Shown here: positions 24,501-38,500 of the stretch, piece by piece | Layout of the letters: every line of letters begins with the position of its first letter | Position numbering within the stretch: position 1 is the first letter of the stretch | Assembly (NCBI GenBank): GCA_030704615.1 | Contig: CM060732.1 | Coordinates: forward strand, 20,522,001 to 20,586,000 | DNA length: 64,000 nt | Source: Takakia lepidozioides | Lineage: Eukaryota > Plantae > Bryophyta | Reading direction: 5' to 3' | Translations under genes and position numbers: made by a program | The notes under the pieces: generated by a model | Databases searched by the model: none | What the model saw: the letters and a program-made list of their open reading frames with translations, nothing else | Told to the model about the DNA's origin: nothing

Positions 24501-26717
24501 AGGGCCCGGACTGTCAGGAAGAAATCTCTACCTTGCCAAGTAGATTGTGAGGTGAATTGTGACTTCAAGCTCAAGGGTACACATAATCCTGCTTGGTCTC
24601 AAAGACCCTATGGCACAAAAACTCATGAAGATAACTACAAGAACAAGGGGCCTCCAACAACGAGCCTCCACAACCATAGACTACAATTCAACCTGAGAGA
24701 GCCTTGTGTACATTTCTCAAGGCATCTCAAATCTTCTTTATGGAAAAGGCCTGTCAAGCAGTGGCTTTGCCTATGAAGGCAGAAGAAGTGATCCCTTATT
24801 TACAGTGGTCAAGATAAGGAATCATGCTTCGAAGCAGTCTCAACCTCTGTTTATTGCACACATGAGTATGAAAAAAGATACTTAGTAATTCCCCACTGGG
24901 GAAATGAGGGCTGTAGAATAACAAGAAAAGCAGAGTGAGAGTTGCGTTAGTCATGGACTGATTATCAAAAGCTGGGACACTGGTGGATGTAGTTCTTCAT
25001 GGGCATAGGAGAGCCAGAGTTCTCCACTAAACTGTGAGTTGCAAAGTGCCCACCTTCACCCCCTCTCACTTAACTGAATTGCAGTTCCTCTTCCACTTTC
25101 ATAGATAATTATTTAATGATCTCTGCACTCGAAGACCCATTGTCTATCCAAAATGATTAAATATCTAGTATTATCTGAAGTTAGAATTCATACTTGAAAA
25201 ACATGGTCTACTACTTTTCCCAATGGTTGAGGGATCAGTTCTGAGTGGATGGTTTTCAAATTGCTTGACATATATGCCTAAAATGAATTGGTGGTAGATT
25301 CATATTGATTGAGTTTGAAGGATTCCATGACAGGGCTTCTGGCAAACAGTTTGTGGATCAACTTTGTTCCATGATCAATACGCCTGCAACTTGCTATAAT
25401 GACTATGTCACAACTTTTACAGGTCTCCTCTTGCTCTCAGACGTTCATGGATGATGCTCTCAATTTACTTTGTTGTCTCTACCATATGGAAACACCAATG
25501 TGTAATTGTGTTTCATCACACATTGGTGTGTACTTTTGTGTTATTTCCTGATCTGCACCTTCCCACGCCGGGATACCCATATGAGATTAGATGTGTGGGT
25601 ACATCACTGCATCAAGTCAGATAGGACGCATGGATACATCAGGTCCAAACCTTGCTGTTGATTCGAGGCTGCTTGTAGTGGTTCTTTGCATATGGGTGCG
25701 CTTCCCTAACAGTACAATCTTTCAATCAACATGCAAAAAAATTGTAAGGAAAGGTGTTGGAATGTCTTGCTCCTAACAGGAGCAATTGTGGGGGAATTTT
25801 GGGAGTATTGTGTCCAGACACTACTCTTTCCTGATGTGCTGTCTGTAGGTATGCATGCACAAATAGAATACCATTAGAGCCATTAGGTCATTACGGCCAA
25901 CGTGATCAACCACCCCCAGCACATTAGATGTCGTCCTGGGGCTAGCCGCAGGATGGAGCTTGTTGCACACTCCACATCATTACATCCAGTCAAGAGCAGA
26001 AGTTATGGAGGGCTACCATAAGGTCACTGATGTCTTTTGAGGAGGTTCTGGCACTGACAGGGGAGTATGCATGACTCTATGGCAGGGAAGAATTGCTGTT
26101 TCAACACAACTCGGATGCAGTCGTACTACGACAAGTACGAGACTCAGAGCAGTTCAGTCAAGAATGTAGGGCACATGGCACAGAGTGAGTTGCCCCCTTC
26201 TCTTGGTACTTTGCTTTGTCATAGCTCAGTGTCTGTGAAGCTTTCATGTTAGGGGTTGTCAAAGAGGTTTTCCTCCATGAGACTGGAGGCTGTGTTGTGA
26301 TAGCGATATTACCAGGGTTATATGCTTGTCAGAAGTAATCAGTTTCCTAACCAGCTTATTGATGGTAAGTGATTCGATCTGAAGTGGCACTGTCATTTCA
26401 CCCCTTTGTGCGCAGTACTGAGAGCAAATCGATTCCAAATGTACGACTACGGAGCCTCTGGTAACCAGGCAAAATACAATTCACCAAACCCCCCTGCTTA
26501 TGACCTCACAGCATTTCCGTCTTCCATACCCATGTTCCTGATCCATGGAGGACAGGATGTCCTGGCGAGCCCACTTGATGTACAACATCTTATTCGAGAG
26601 CTTCCCGGCACCCCGCAAGTGGTCTACTTGCCAAATTATGCGCATGTAGATCTCTTACTTGGATCAACAGTTGGCGCAGATGTCCATGACCCTATTCTGG
26701 CTTACTTAAGCTCTTGA
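21505..26717 (+). pseudogene. Triacylglycerol/acid lipase (abhydro_lipase, LIP1/MPL1-like); exon 2 frameshifted
   Basis: GT-AG exons 21505-21705, 21843-21955, 22545-22688, 22996-23115, 23412-23558, 25334-25422, 26086-26184, 26416-26717. Signal-peptide-like N-terminus, FWDWTLDELASQDLPA, nucleophile GYSQG, catalytic GGQD and YAHVD. Exon 2 is 113 nt with an in-frame TAA; the small exon 6 was not found. Confidence 0.8.
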
Positions 26718-27897
26718 TGTATGGGTGCAATTTGCTCCTAGCTCATGCAATCCTTCAGGAAGTGGGTGTGAGGATAGGTGGATATATGGTGTGTGACAGT
26801 TTTGTCCTTTATCTTGCGCACTCTTACATGTGAAACTCTATAGTCAATTATGTATTTTACTTAATGGCACATTTCTTCTTAAGGGGTTTGGTATGCACTT
26901 CAAAACGGTATACAAGTTACCCATGCGGACATTCGTACCTTCTGCTCAAAGGTTGCTCTCACACAAACAACTTGCATACTTCTTGAACTATTTTTCCCGG
27001 ACAATATAAGTACCACTATTCTAAACACTAATTACCTGCAGGCTACGTATATTGTAGGTGATGGAATGGTGTGGTCTGATCCAATACGGTTCCCTATTGA
27101 CAGATGTGCAGTCTGAGTTATGATCTGAACAGGTCATACCTTGCCCAGCAAGCTTGATACAGGAGTGATCAACTTTTGACTGCAAAATTTGCTTCGACAT
27201 TCAGACAACTCTGCACTGATTTACGAAAGCTATAGACACAAAGACACAAATACATTATGTTAGAGAAAACTATACAAATTCAGCTGTGGATTCCTTTCAA
27301 ATTTCGAAGCACGGAGTTCTTCGAGCCCTCTAATCTCTATCTTGAAGTCCCCCCCAACGTTCCGTTTCTCTGTCAACGCGAGAGGGTAGACAAGACACTC
27401 TTTGACAAGACAGATAGCAATTGACAAGATCAAGGTGGTTCTCTATGCCGATCTATGATCCTCCAAGCATTCAGGCACACAAGCCTTAGGTGGGTTTACA
27501 CTGATGGAGGGCACTAAGACATTCCTTGTTTGTCTAGTGCAAACTAGATTCTTCCTCCTCCTGGAAACCTGCAGAAATATTCTTGAGCAGATGTTTTCAA
27601 AAAACCGAATGAAATGTTATTCATGCATCCCAATCCCGGATGATACGTTCACGACGCTCGCTGTTCAATGAAGCACCCTTGTCTGATTGAGGACAGTAAA
27701 TATTGAAAATACGTATTGAATGGCTCTATTGTAAAAAACCGCCTAGAAATTTCCTTCGTTACCTTCTCAGACGGGGAGTTTCATCCTGACAGGAGGACGC
27801 CTTACCTCATGCGTAAAAACCTACGGGTTTTTTCCCTTTGTATTTGCAGGGACGTTATCTGACGGAATATCACGTCAACAACTGGCAGGGACATTAT

Positions 27898-27962
27898 GGT
27901 GTAAGATTCCCCCGCCCCAGGGATTTTACGCAGAAGATCCCTGGAGCGGGGATCTTACGCCC
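27898..27962. repeat. Imperfect inverted repeat (~30-bp arms)
   Basis: GGTGTAAGATTCCCCCGCCCCAGGGATTTT / AAGATCCCTGGAGCGGGGATCTTACGCC. Confidence 0.7.
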
Positions 27963-28004
27963 TGTCATCTTTTCTTTTTTAATTTCGTTTATTGGCTCTC
28001 TTGT

Positions 28005-28170
28005 AGAGAGAGACTTTGCAACATGTTGAAGTCAATGGAGAAAATGTGGTCAAAGGACCTTACACCGTCAAGGCTCCAATTGGTCTCTTATGCTCAGTCA
28101 TGCCCCTTACTCTCACCTTCCTCTTATGTTTTGCCAAAGCAAGAGAGCCCATCGCCGTTTAGGCTTGTTT
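28005..28170 (-). repeat. Dispersed short repeat, copy 2 (inverted)
   Basis: Reverse complement of ~16000-16150. Confidence 0.7.
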
Positions 28171-29189
28171 TTATTTTAGTTCTACGGATCTGAGCTCACT
28201 GAGATCTTCAAGAGAGCCATCCACCGCGGGGAAAGAACCCTCTGTCTTTATGCAGGGAAAGTCCCCCAAGCCCTGATACTAGGTCTGCTTATGTGAAATG
28301 CTGGCATTATTGATACCCGACAAGTACCAAAATCTGGGGTTTTTTTTAATATTGCATACCCTTGTTTGGGATATTTCTAAATTTGTATACTACCAGGACC
28401 CTCCTTGTATCTCCAAAACACGATACAAGAGGAAACTGATGCCAAGGTAATTGAAGAGAGAGAGGCCGGAGGGAGGTAGAGAGTGTGAAAGAAAGGCTTT
28501 AGAAACTACCTCTTTTCCTCTTATATGGCTCAAAAGACAACTAAGCCTTAGATCTACCTTTCCTAAAACTACATCTATGCCCATTTGTACCGTATTGAAA
28601 AGGTACAAAGTCTGATGTACTTGCTGATGTACTGGTATGCACGCATAAGAATTGGGCCCATTGTAAAAACATGATTCAACTTTGCAAATGTCTATTCAAC
28701 CTTCTAATCCCAAACAAACTTCTCTTCTCCTATGAGTCATGTCAAACAATACAACAATTACAGTACTAATGTGATGAAGATTCTATAGATTTTTTTTAAA
28801 TCCTAGAAAATATTGTACGTCTTAAACCGAGGCTGGTCTGACCCACTCAACAATGGTCTTTTGATCATTCCTCAGAAATAAAATAGCCCAAAAATTTGAC
28901 TTCGGATTGATGATTTATTTTATTTTATTTTATTTCCAACTTGACATATAGTCATATTTATCATAGTTTATAAAAAAAGAAAATGCACATGGCGATCATG
29001 TTTCTCTTTGTTATGTGAGAATATCAAAATGTCGTCTAAATAAATGACCGCAAAAATCATCTAAAAATTGCCAAAAAATATCATTTATCATATATTGAAA
29101 AGTTGTTGGGGCATTTGTAAGACAAGCATCACGATGAACTCAAAATATCCATACATTGTGTGAAAACGGTTTTCCATTCATTTTTTTTA

Positions 29190-29470
29190 TAAAATATACG
29201 TACAAGGTTATAAGCTCATCTCAAGTTGATCTTTGTGAAGATACTTGCTCGCCCAAGTTGTTCGAGAAGTTCGGTAATTATTGGCAATGCATCAAGATGT
29301 TTTATGGTGATTTTGTTGAGCCGCAATAATCTACACCAATGCATAATATCCGTTCGTTTTTTTTACGAATAAGATAGACGCTCCTACATAAGCTTTTTGA
29401 ATGTCGGATGAAGTTCTTCAACAAATTTTCATCAATGTACTTGCATAATACAACCAACTCCATTTGAGAG
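29190..29470 (-). pseudogene. Degenerate gypsy (Tcn1-like) RT N-terminal fragment
   Basis: YIDENL.KNFIRHSKS...VDY.G...IFTKI.LR.AYNLVRI with frameshifts. Confidence 0.8.
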
Positions 29471-30159
29471 CCAACAACGAAGACAATTGATTCGTAGAAT
29501 GTACCTGGTAGAAAACTACTCCACTTAGTAAACCAAGATGCCACCAAGTGCGCCAGAATAGATGCTGGAATGGACTGCTTTCGATCCACAAACTAATAGT
29601 GCACCAATGGAGCCTCAGTGAAGACACATTCTACATCGTCATACTCAATCTTTCCCCCTCCAGAACTCCCAACGGCTAAATCGCCCAGACTCTCTACTAA
29701 TACTTGCCCTCCGCTTCCACCACCACCTCCTACATTCTTCCCTTTCTTCTTCTTACCCATCTTCCGAGCTCTTCTCAATATCTGTACACAAGTGGCCACA
29801 TGTATAAACTAAATCTGGTGTAGTAAAAAAGCTGGATGTCATATCATATAACCTGAGAAAACAACGCTTTGGAGACTTACTTGCAGGTCACAAGAGAGAG
29901 CAGCGGTTGGGATACGAGAGAAAGTGGTAGCCTCAGCTGCAATCCGGCTCTCTCCTTCTGAATAAGTTGACAATCTGCGTCCGTGGCATTCTCTGCTTTG
30001 ATTAGAGCAATCTTTGTTGCACAACATAAACATTGCTTGTGAATGAACTATACCCGTTGGAATGGAGTGAAGTTCAAGAAAATTTTAAGGAATGAATGTG
30101 TTAAAGACTTACCACAGGTAACAAGAGAGAGCCGCAATTGAGATCCAAGCAATAACCAA

Positions 30160-30870
30160 ACCAGCACCAAACCGGCTCTATGTGCCTAAACAATGTATCG
30201 AAGTAATAATTTTAATATTATATATATTCAAAAAAATAGAAATGACGAAATGATGAACATACAATATATGAAGGAAAACAATAGTGGCACCAGTGATCCA
30301 CCCACAAGCACCCTCAAACATAAATCCTAACAAAAAGAAATTATTTACCGAGCCGCAAAACACAAACTCAGAACAAAAGAAAGAAGTGAATAAATATAGC
30401 ACGCCAAAGTAAATGAAAACATACCGGCACACTTTCAGAGTGCAAACCCTAGACACTAGCAGAATCTGAACGCAAACACGAACGTAAACACCAGCAGTGG
30501 AACCACTACAAAGATTTGAACAATAGTGGTCCAGCACCAAATCGGCTCTCTGTTTCTGCATAAATCGACTGCCTGTGTAAGTAGACCTCACTGCATTTCA
30601 TGATAGCAATCTTGCCTAAACGACGAGGCGATGCAGTAATTTGAATCTTATAAATATTCAAAATTTTAGAAATGACGAAATGATGAACATACAATATCCG
30701 AAGGAAAACAGTAGTGGCACCAACGAGCCACACACACCCTCATACACAAACCATAAGAAAAAAAACTTAGTTACCAAGCCACAAACACAAACTCAGAAGA
30801 AAAAAAAAAGTGAACAAACACGCGAACGTAAATAAAAACATACCGGCACACCTTCGGAGCGTAAACCCTA
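30160..30870. repeat. Imperfect tandem duplication (~0.3-0.4 kb units)
   Basis: 30160-30460 resembles 30531-30870 (CCAGCACCAAA.CGGCTCT; AGAAATGACGAAATGATGAACATACAATAT; ACATACCGGCACAC; AAACCCTA). Confidence 0.75.
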
Positions 30871-31249
30871 CCGAAAACAGAAAGTTATCAATTGGGCGAA
30901 TGATGGTTGGGGTCATTCTTATAATTCAATGGTGCTATCATAAGGACGATGTTCTAGTAACATGTCTGCATTTTTCTTCTTGATATTGAGTAGATAATAC
31001 TATAATACTATTGAGTGGATATTCATTTAAAACGTCATCCATGGACTCAGTTTTCAATGTTCATCCATGGCAGCGGCTGTATTGTTATATTTTTGTGTTT
31101 TCATTTTGTGATCATTATTTTTAATTGTCTAATTAAAAAAAATTACGTATCCAAGATGCCTAATTTTAAAAATAATCTCAAAAGTGCCTAACTGCCAAAT
31201 GGCCCCAAAAATAATTATTAGGCAGGCAAGTGCCTAACCGGCTATCCCA

Positions 31250-31960
31250 CTACGATATGTGATTGGGTTCTCCACAATACTTGTAAGCATAATCCATTTG
31301 ACCGTCGTTTTTGTTTTTTTGTTGCATCAATGGCTTTGCATCGGGTAGCATCAATTTGCATAGGATCGTTGCTGAGTGTTTATCGTCACGTTCTAGTAGC
31401 ATGGAATGTCGTGGACCACCGGGATCGCTTGTCTTAGGATCTTTCAAACAAATGGTTATTACATTCAATAATTTGGGTGATGAATTTGCTTAGGGTGTTG
31501 ATGTTTGACATCGTTAGCAAAAGATCATTTACATTCTCCCTAAACCCGAATCGGAATTGACTAATGAGGCTTCTGTCATTCCAATCAAGATCACACGCAA
31601 GTTGGCATCATAAATAAAAGCAGGACGTGTTCATTGTTGTAAGGTTTCGCATTTTTGTCTATGCCTGCACCTTTCTCCTATCATTCTTTACGAGGTTGGA
31701 GTACATTCTGACATGAATGTTTCAAAATTGTTCAGCAAATACAATTTTTTTTTTAATAGGGGTGCAAATCAAGATAGAGCAATGTTTGATAAAATGATGC
31801 CCATGAATCCAACTTGGATACCTTCATTACGATAATGTTGTGGATGTAGACGTAAAAACAATCGTACTCGTTGAACGATCCGCGAAACTTCGATAGATCG
31901 TCCCATCAAATTTCTCGGACATGCTGATCTTTGGTTCTCTCGTAATCTGTTGATGATGTA
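31250..31960 (-). pseudogene. Degenerate Tcn1-like gypsy gag
   Basis: RLFLRLHPQHY...QVG; QLACDLDWND.SLISQFRFG.RE.V.DLLLTM; CGEPNH knuckle remnant; same strand as and upstream of the RT fragment. Confidence 0.8.
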
Positions 31961-32309
31961 TATGAACTCTTGCGGTAAAAGCTTGTGTTTATGAAGATCC
32001 ATTGTTTGACTTTTTAACTCCAAAATTTCTGACGCCCCCTTGTCAAATCCTCCTTACCCCCTCTTATCTGGGTTTTACTATTAAATACTTAAGAATCCAA
32101 GAGGGTTTCAAGCTGGGGTGGATACCGTATTGGAAAGATGATTACAGTGCAAGCGGCAAGACTTCGGGTTCGATTCTTGATGGGGATGCTATTGAAGTGT
32201 AACCCGGGTGTCGGTATGCTAATCGGTGTAACCCTCTGTAACCATGGTCTTTTGTGTAACTCTTCTTAGTTCATTTTATACTTAGTCAACATTCGAGACC
32301 AAGTGTGAA

Positions 32310-32490
32310 TTACACCGAGTGGAGTTACATTCCATTCTGTGTAACCCCCGAGTGGAGTTACACACCCCGTCGTGTAACCCAATGTAACCCCACGTGGGGT
32401 TACACACCCCATCGTGTAATCCAATGTAACCCCATATGGAGTTACACACCCCATTGTGTAACCCAACGTAACCCTGACTAGAGTTTACAC
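32310..32490. repeat. 42-bp tandem minisatellite built from TGTAAC/GTTACA palindromes
   Basis: Units begin ~32341, 32383, 32425, 32467; perfect palindrome TGTAACCCCACGTGGGGTTACA at 32383-32404. Confidence 0.85.
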
Positions 32491-35400
32491 TCCTTCAGTT
32501 CCATGTCACTCTGAAGAAAGAGTGGGGCAGAATTGACATGCCGGAAACCGGCTTACCCTCCTGTCAGAGGTTGCACTTCTGCATTAAGCTTTTACCTCAT
32601 TTCTATTATCTTCCATCATGAAGTAGTTTTCAACAAAGGATTAGAAGACGTAACGCCTGGGGAAGGCACAATAGGGGCTTAGTGATTTTTGACAGTGACG
32701 GGTAGTCTCTTCTTTAGAATAACGAGGAGCCAATAAATCCATCACTTTTCAGTGGCACGTTTCCTCCTGAAGAAGTCCTCTTTCTTTCTTTGTGAGCAGT
32801 CCCTGCCGTGTTTTCCTTATACAATTTTAGACCTCAACTTGTAAGAGATTTGTAAGAGATTTTCATCCACATAAGAACGTGTTTCTAAACTTTGGCTACT
32901 GGTCTACTTAGCTGGAGACCGAATCTTAAACAGCAGAAAGTATTAGGACATATATTAGGCCTATTTGTCAGGCAGGATAATTATTCCCTGGCTCTATAAT
33001 TCTCAGCATTTCTAATTACTACTCCCTATCATGCATCCATGAATGAATGATTATGTTTCATTTCACGTCCACAAAAAAAGTACTCACGTTGATGGCGACG
33101 CAATCAAAACATAAAATAATTCGCTTCAAGCATTTAATGAAAATGGCGACGATTCAAACACTCTGACGTGGATTATGGCAATAGTGCAGAACGCGGGAAA
33201 ATGCCGCAATACGACGACCCTTAATAACTGGCGATGTTGCGGCAAAACGTGGAACTACATAACCCTCTTTACTGCCCCACCTTGGGACGTGCGTCCCGGT
33301 CCGTTGCGCCACCGGCCCCAGCCGGTGGCGCTCGTCGACCGGGCACCGGCTGCGTCCGCTCAGGCAACCGGCATCGGGGGCGCGCCAATGTTTTGAATCG
33401 AGGGCCGCCGATTCCGTCCAACGGCTACCCTTTTGGGCCCACCCCATCCACCCTTTTGTGTCGGCCTAATAGGGTGCCATTTTCTTCTTAGCTCATTTTC
33501 TGGGACGTCGAATTCGAGAATAACTGTAAATAGAAAAGTCCGTTCTCCGCCGGCCGCCCGGGGATCTCTATCACCCGAGAATCCGACAGCTAGAATTGAG
33601 TGCTGGAACCAGCTGGACGGGTCCGCTGTCGTTCATCCGTCCCATTATTCATTCATCCATTCCATATATTATAGAAATCGCAGAAGTATCCCATTTTCCA
33701 GGCAAGAAAATGGAAAAGAAAATAAGTGAGAGAGAACAGCAGTGGTGCAAAAAGGTGGCAGTGGAGTGGAGCAAGTGTGGGGGTCGTCGTCCTCTGTTGG
33801 CGCCCACGTTGCGAGTGTGTGCGCGTGAGAGCGTTGGCGTCCACTCTTTCCTGCGCTCTCAGGTCTCGGGCGTGTACGATTCTGGAGTGCTTTCTTATGT
33901 AGCGTGACCTTTCGTCTGTGATTGTGAATTTGGACGGTATATTATTCCTTTTGTTAGTGCGGGGGGGCAGTGGGGGTGTTGGTTTGGTCTCTGCATCTGT
34001 TTCTCTGTAATCACTCATTTACAGTGTTAATGGAGTGATGTTGTTCCTTTCTTCCTTTCGTTCATTTTCGGAGTTCGTGGTCTTTCTTCTGGGATTCGGA
34101 AATTTACGGAATTGTGCGTGTGCATTCCGTGTCTAGATTTCTGTCCCGCGAGCGTAATAAACGTGGTTCTGTCGACAGTCCATTCATTCTCGTTCTTGTG
34201 AGATTGCAAATTGGAGGATAGATTATTCTTGTTGCATGTGCGTTTGTGCGTCTGTTTTTCTTCCTCGTTCTTGAGGTGTGCATGCTGTTCATTTTGCTAC
34301 CATGAATTGAAAGGTCTCTTTTTCTCCAAGGAGACTGGTTTTCTCTCCCTCGCTTTCGTGGGAGGCATCTGATTAATTTGGAAAAGACAATCGAAGATTG
34401 ACGTGGCCCTTTGCGCAAGGACGAGACAAATGGTTCAAGATTCCGTAAGTTTCAATGCTCCTTTCTTTCTTTCTATCTCCCTTTACCACTCTCTCTCACT
34501 TTGTTGAATTACAAGGACATCGATGCTCATCAAGGAATCTCTTTCCCTCCCTTCCGTAGGAAATTCTGAGATAGAAAATGAAGCGGTGGTGCGATAAGCT
34601 ACTTGCGCCTCATGTGGACGTCTTAAAGGTCCTTTCTTCCTTCTCTCTTCTCCCCCGCGAGTACTTAAAGAGGGGTAAATTAGGAGTAAGGAGTCACTTA
34701 CATTCTCACTGCATTTTTCCGGTGGTTTGACTGCGGACGGGCCAGTAAGTGCTCTGGCCTCCAGTGGACATACCTTTCCTTCTCCTCCCTCGGCAGCCCC
34801 GTCTCTTCCCTGCTGGTGCTCAAGAAGGGGAAAAGAGGGACCATGAGGCATAGCGTGGATGTCTCTGCTCCTTAGCAGAGAGATTCAATAACAGGCTGAT
34901 TTGAATGGTAGGATATATCTGTACACAACCGGCTCTGGCCTTCATTATGAAGCGATTAAAAACATTGCACTTCTTGATATCGGTTAATGACCTGAACGAA
35001 AGAAGGATTGATGTAACCAGGCGTTTTGGCGAGGATTGGAAATTTTCTTAATTGAACATCAGGTGCACATCATCTCCCCCCTGTCAGCTCCTCCTCATTT
35101 ACTGTGCTCTTCGAGCGCCATACATTTCTTGCCATCTCTTTTTCCGTTGAAATTGGCGCTCAGCTTGCAAATTTCCTGTTCTTTTCTTTGTGCACCAATC
35201 TTACTATAAGTTTAACCATATTCCGATTTTCTTCCTGGCTCTCATGCCACCGTTATTCCCTTGGATTTTGGTAAACTTGCTCTTATTTCCGGTTCCCTTG
35301 CCTTGGTCCATACTTGTTGAATTTAGCGCTCCTCCAGCCATTTGTACATTTCAGCATACATTGCACCAAACAGACTAGATCAGACAGGGTTAGAGAGAAA

Positions 35401-35583
35401 TTGCTTGGTTTTTATGGGGTAGCTATTTGCCTTCGTCTTAAAATCTTATGTGGCAGTGCATCAGGGTTGGATGTTTGGGTCTGACATCTTGGATGAATGG
35501 TCACAGATCGCTCTTGAAGACCTCTGCAGTGGCATCATCTACTGTCTGATCTCCAAGGAGGCCGGGGGCAAAATTGGAGTGGA

Positions 35584-38500
35584 ATGCATTTGTTTTCGTG
35601 CACAGGACTAGATGGCTTTATCAAGCGCAAGAGGATCAAGGCCCTTGAGGATCGAATATGTAATCCTCCCATTCGCCATCCTCAGAATATAAAGATAGGC
35701 AGATGATCAGGGATTCACATTTACTGTGTCAAAGTCTTTGACTTGGTCTTATCTATCCACTCCCATTTCCCCACTTCTCCCTGCCCTGGTCATTGATAAA
35801 ATCCCCTTCCTTGTTTTGCAGTCAGTCCTAGTTTGACTCACACCCCCTTTCCCGCTCTCTGGCTCACCATATCTTGCATGATATTCCTTAACCCTAGCAG
35901 AAGTCCTCAGCTATGAGGAGAAAGTGGTCAAGCAGCTTGCACAAGACTCCATCTTTGTGCAACGTCTTTGTCTTTCAGTTTCAGCGGTTCTACCGTTCCA
36001 TAGGCCCTTGAGGGTTCCACTTTATAACTTTCCTTAGTAAACAGAGTTCTCCAAGAACAGTTTTGGGTGGGATTGTGTCGATTGATGCTCGAAAGCATCA
36101 AATGGTTGTGATGATGACAATCCTTGTGCGGGGGTTTGGTTGTTATCAGGGTTGAAGAAGTCAGCAGAGACATGGCAGCCAGGCCAGTTTGTCGTGGTCC
36201 CCTTGCCAGTGAGATTCCCAGTAGCGGCCAGCGTGTTCACGCTAAAGGAAATGCTGGAGGCCACAGGAAATTTTAGGAAGGACAACCTGGTAGGACAAGG
36301 CGGGTTTGGCCAGGTCTACCGTGGCATACTGCGCAGTGGCAAGGTATTATTATGGCAACTCCTTCAAATGATGGATGTTCTTTGCTTTATAGAAAGATGC
36401 CCACGGGGTTTTTGGTAAATCTGGTAATTCTCTCAACCTCCTTGAATATTAATGTTCCCTATGCAGCTGTCCATCCCTCTCTGTGGGACCTCCTTTGGCC
36501 TCAGAATACTGACCGATGTTGACCTGTGTGCCACCTTATAATCCCTCAGCCCAAGACGGGATAAGAAGTCTTTAGTATCAAAAGTAATGCCAGCTCTCTA
36601 CCTTCAGTAGTCAACCTCATCAAAGAATGCCAATTAAACCTCCCATTCCGTCCATCTTTGTTTGCATGTGCACACGTTCAAAGGTAGTTGTTGGAACAGA
36701 TCTCAGCTCAGCACTGTCTAGACTCCTTTGATCTTGTAAATCTTCATCCTTGTGGTTCTCCAACAACTCTTCCTCTCACTTTGGACCTTGCATGGATGAC
36801 TATATATTTTTCCTTTCTCTCAACGGACTTTCTACTGCTTTCCTATTACCAATGAACCCAGATGAGGTGGACATCACATCCAGACATGACCACAACAGAC
36901 TCATTCGGAGAGAGCTTATGGAATTACATGTCAAGAGAACTTGGATGCTACCCAATCTCACGACAAAGCTCCACTTCTATCGAGAGACATTCTTGGTGCT
37001 CCGCGATGATAGAATCTTGAGACCAAATTACCTTTCAGCACCCTTATCTCCTTCCCTCTTGAGGGCATTGGGGCGGTTCAGGGTGGGTTCCCACAACCTA
37101 CGGATAGAGACTGGCAGATGGGAAAACCTGCAACGGGAGGACCGCCTATGTCCAGCTTGCATAGGGCGCAGCAAGGAAATTGAAACTGAAGAACACTTCT
37201 TCTTCTACTGCCCTCTATACTACGAGATCCGGGGGAGATTTCACTGTTTATTCAGTGGAACCCAAACTCTCACTGATGTCTTTCACTATGAGGATCAAAA
37301 ATGCGTGGCAGCCTACCTACCGAGGCCTTCACCCTTAGACAATCGCTAGAACATTAATTGTGGTTTCTGGATTTGTTCCTCTCTCATGTTTTCTTCCATT
37401 TTGTCCCATAAGCTCTACAAGCTTTCCGCGGACGTTATAAAGCACCATTTCATTTCATTTCTCAGGCCTTCACCCTTAGACAATCGCTAGAACATTAATT
37501 GTGGTTTCTGGATTTGTTCCTCTCATGTTTTCTTCCATTTTGTCCCATAAGCTCTATGAGCTTTCCGCAGACGTTATAAAGCACCATTTCATTTCATTTC
37601 ATTTCTCCCCCCTCCAAAACAAAGTGTCATTCAAAGTGGGGTGGGTACAGATTGTGGCAATCAAGCAAATGAATCCGGCCTTCAGCAGAGGAACACAGGG
37701 TGAACGGGAATTTCGTGTGGAGGTCGACATTCTAAGCCGTCTCAGCCACCCAAATCTTGTGCATCTTCTTGGCTACTGTGCCGATCGCTCCCATCGAATG
37801 CTGGTCTATGAATTCATGTCTAACGGCAATCTCGAAGAACACTTGCATGGTATGGTGCCCTGCTCCTCCCTCCTTAAGAGGACTGTCACAATCTTGGTTT
37901 GACCATCCAGTAGTTGAAAACCTGCCATCTCCCTCCTGTGGGTGGCTGGTGCATGCACTATTCAATCGATGATGCTAGTTAGACCTAGAGTTTTGTACAG
38001 GAATGAATCTTTGTAAGCCTTTTCCAAATGCAGGCATTCTAAGACAAAAGATGGATTGGCAAGTTCGCTTGCGGATTGCACTGGGGGCAGCCAAAGCCCT
38101 GGAGTATTTGCATACAGGGCCTGCCACTGGGAACCCCATTATACACCGCGACTTCAAGTCGAGTAACATCCTTCTTGATGAGCACTTCAGACCTAAGGTA
38201 CCGCTTTGAAATTTACAAGATGGGAAGAGAATCTTTCTCTCTCAGATAGAGACTCGTTCGTGGCTTTCTTCTATAAAGCACCATTTCATTTCATTTCATT
38301 TCTCCTCCTTTCTTTTGTCCCATAGACTGGGCCCCACTTTTCTCCTTGTTTCTTGATTTCTTTGTCCATTGTATTTCATATGTCCCATACTTTTCGCAGA
38401 CGTTATAAACTTTCTTTCTGTTCCGGGATACCCAATCTCTCATGGAGGTCTTCCATTATGAGGATCAGAAATGCTTGGCAGCTTACCTGCTTGAAGCGTC

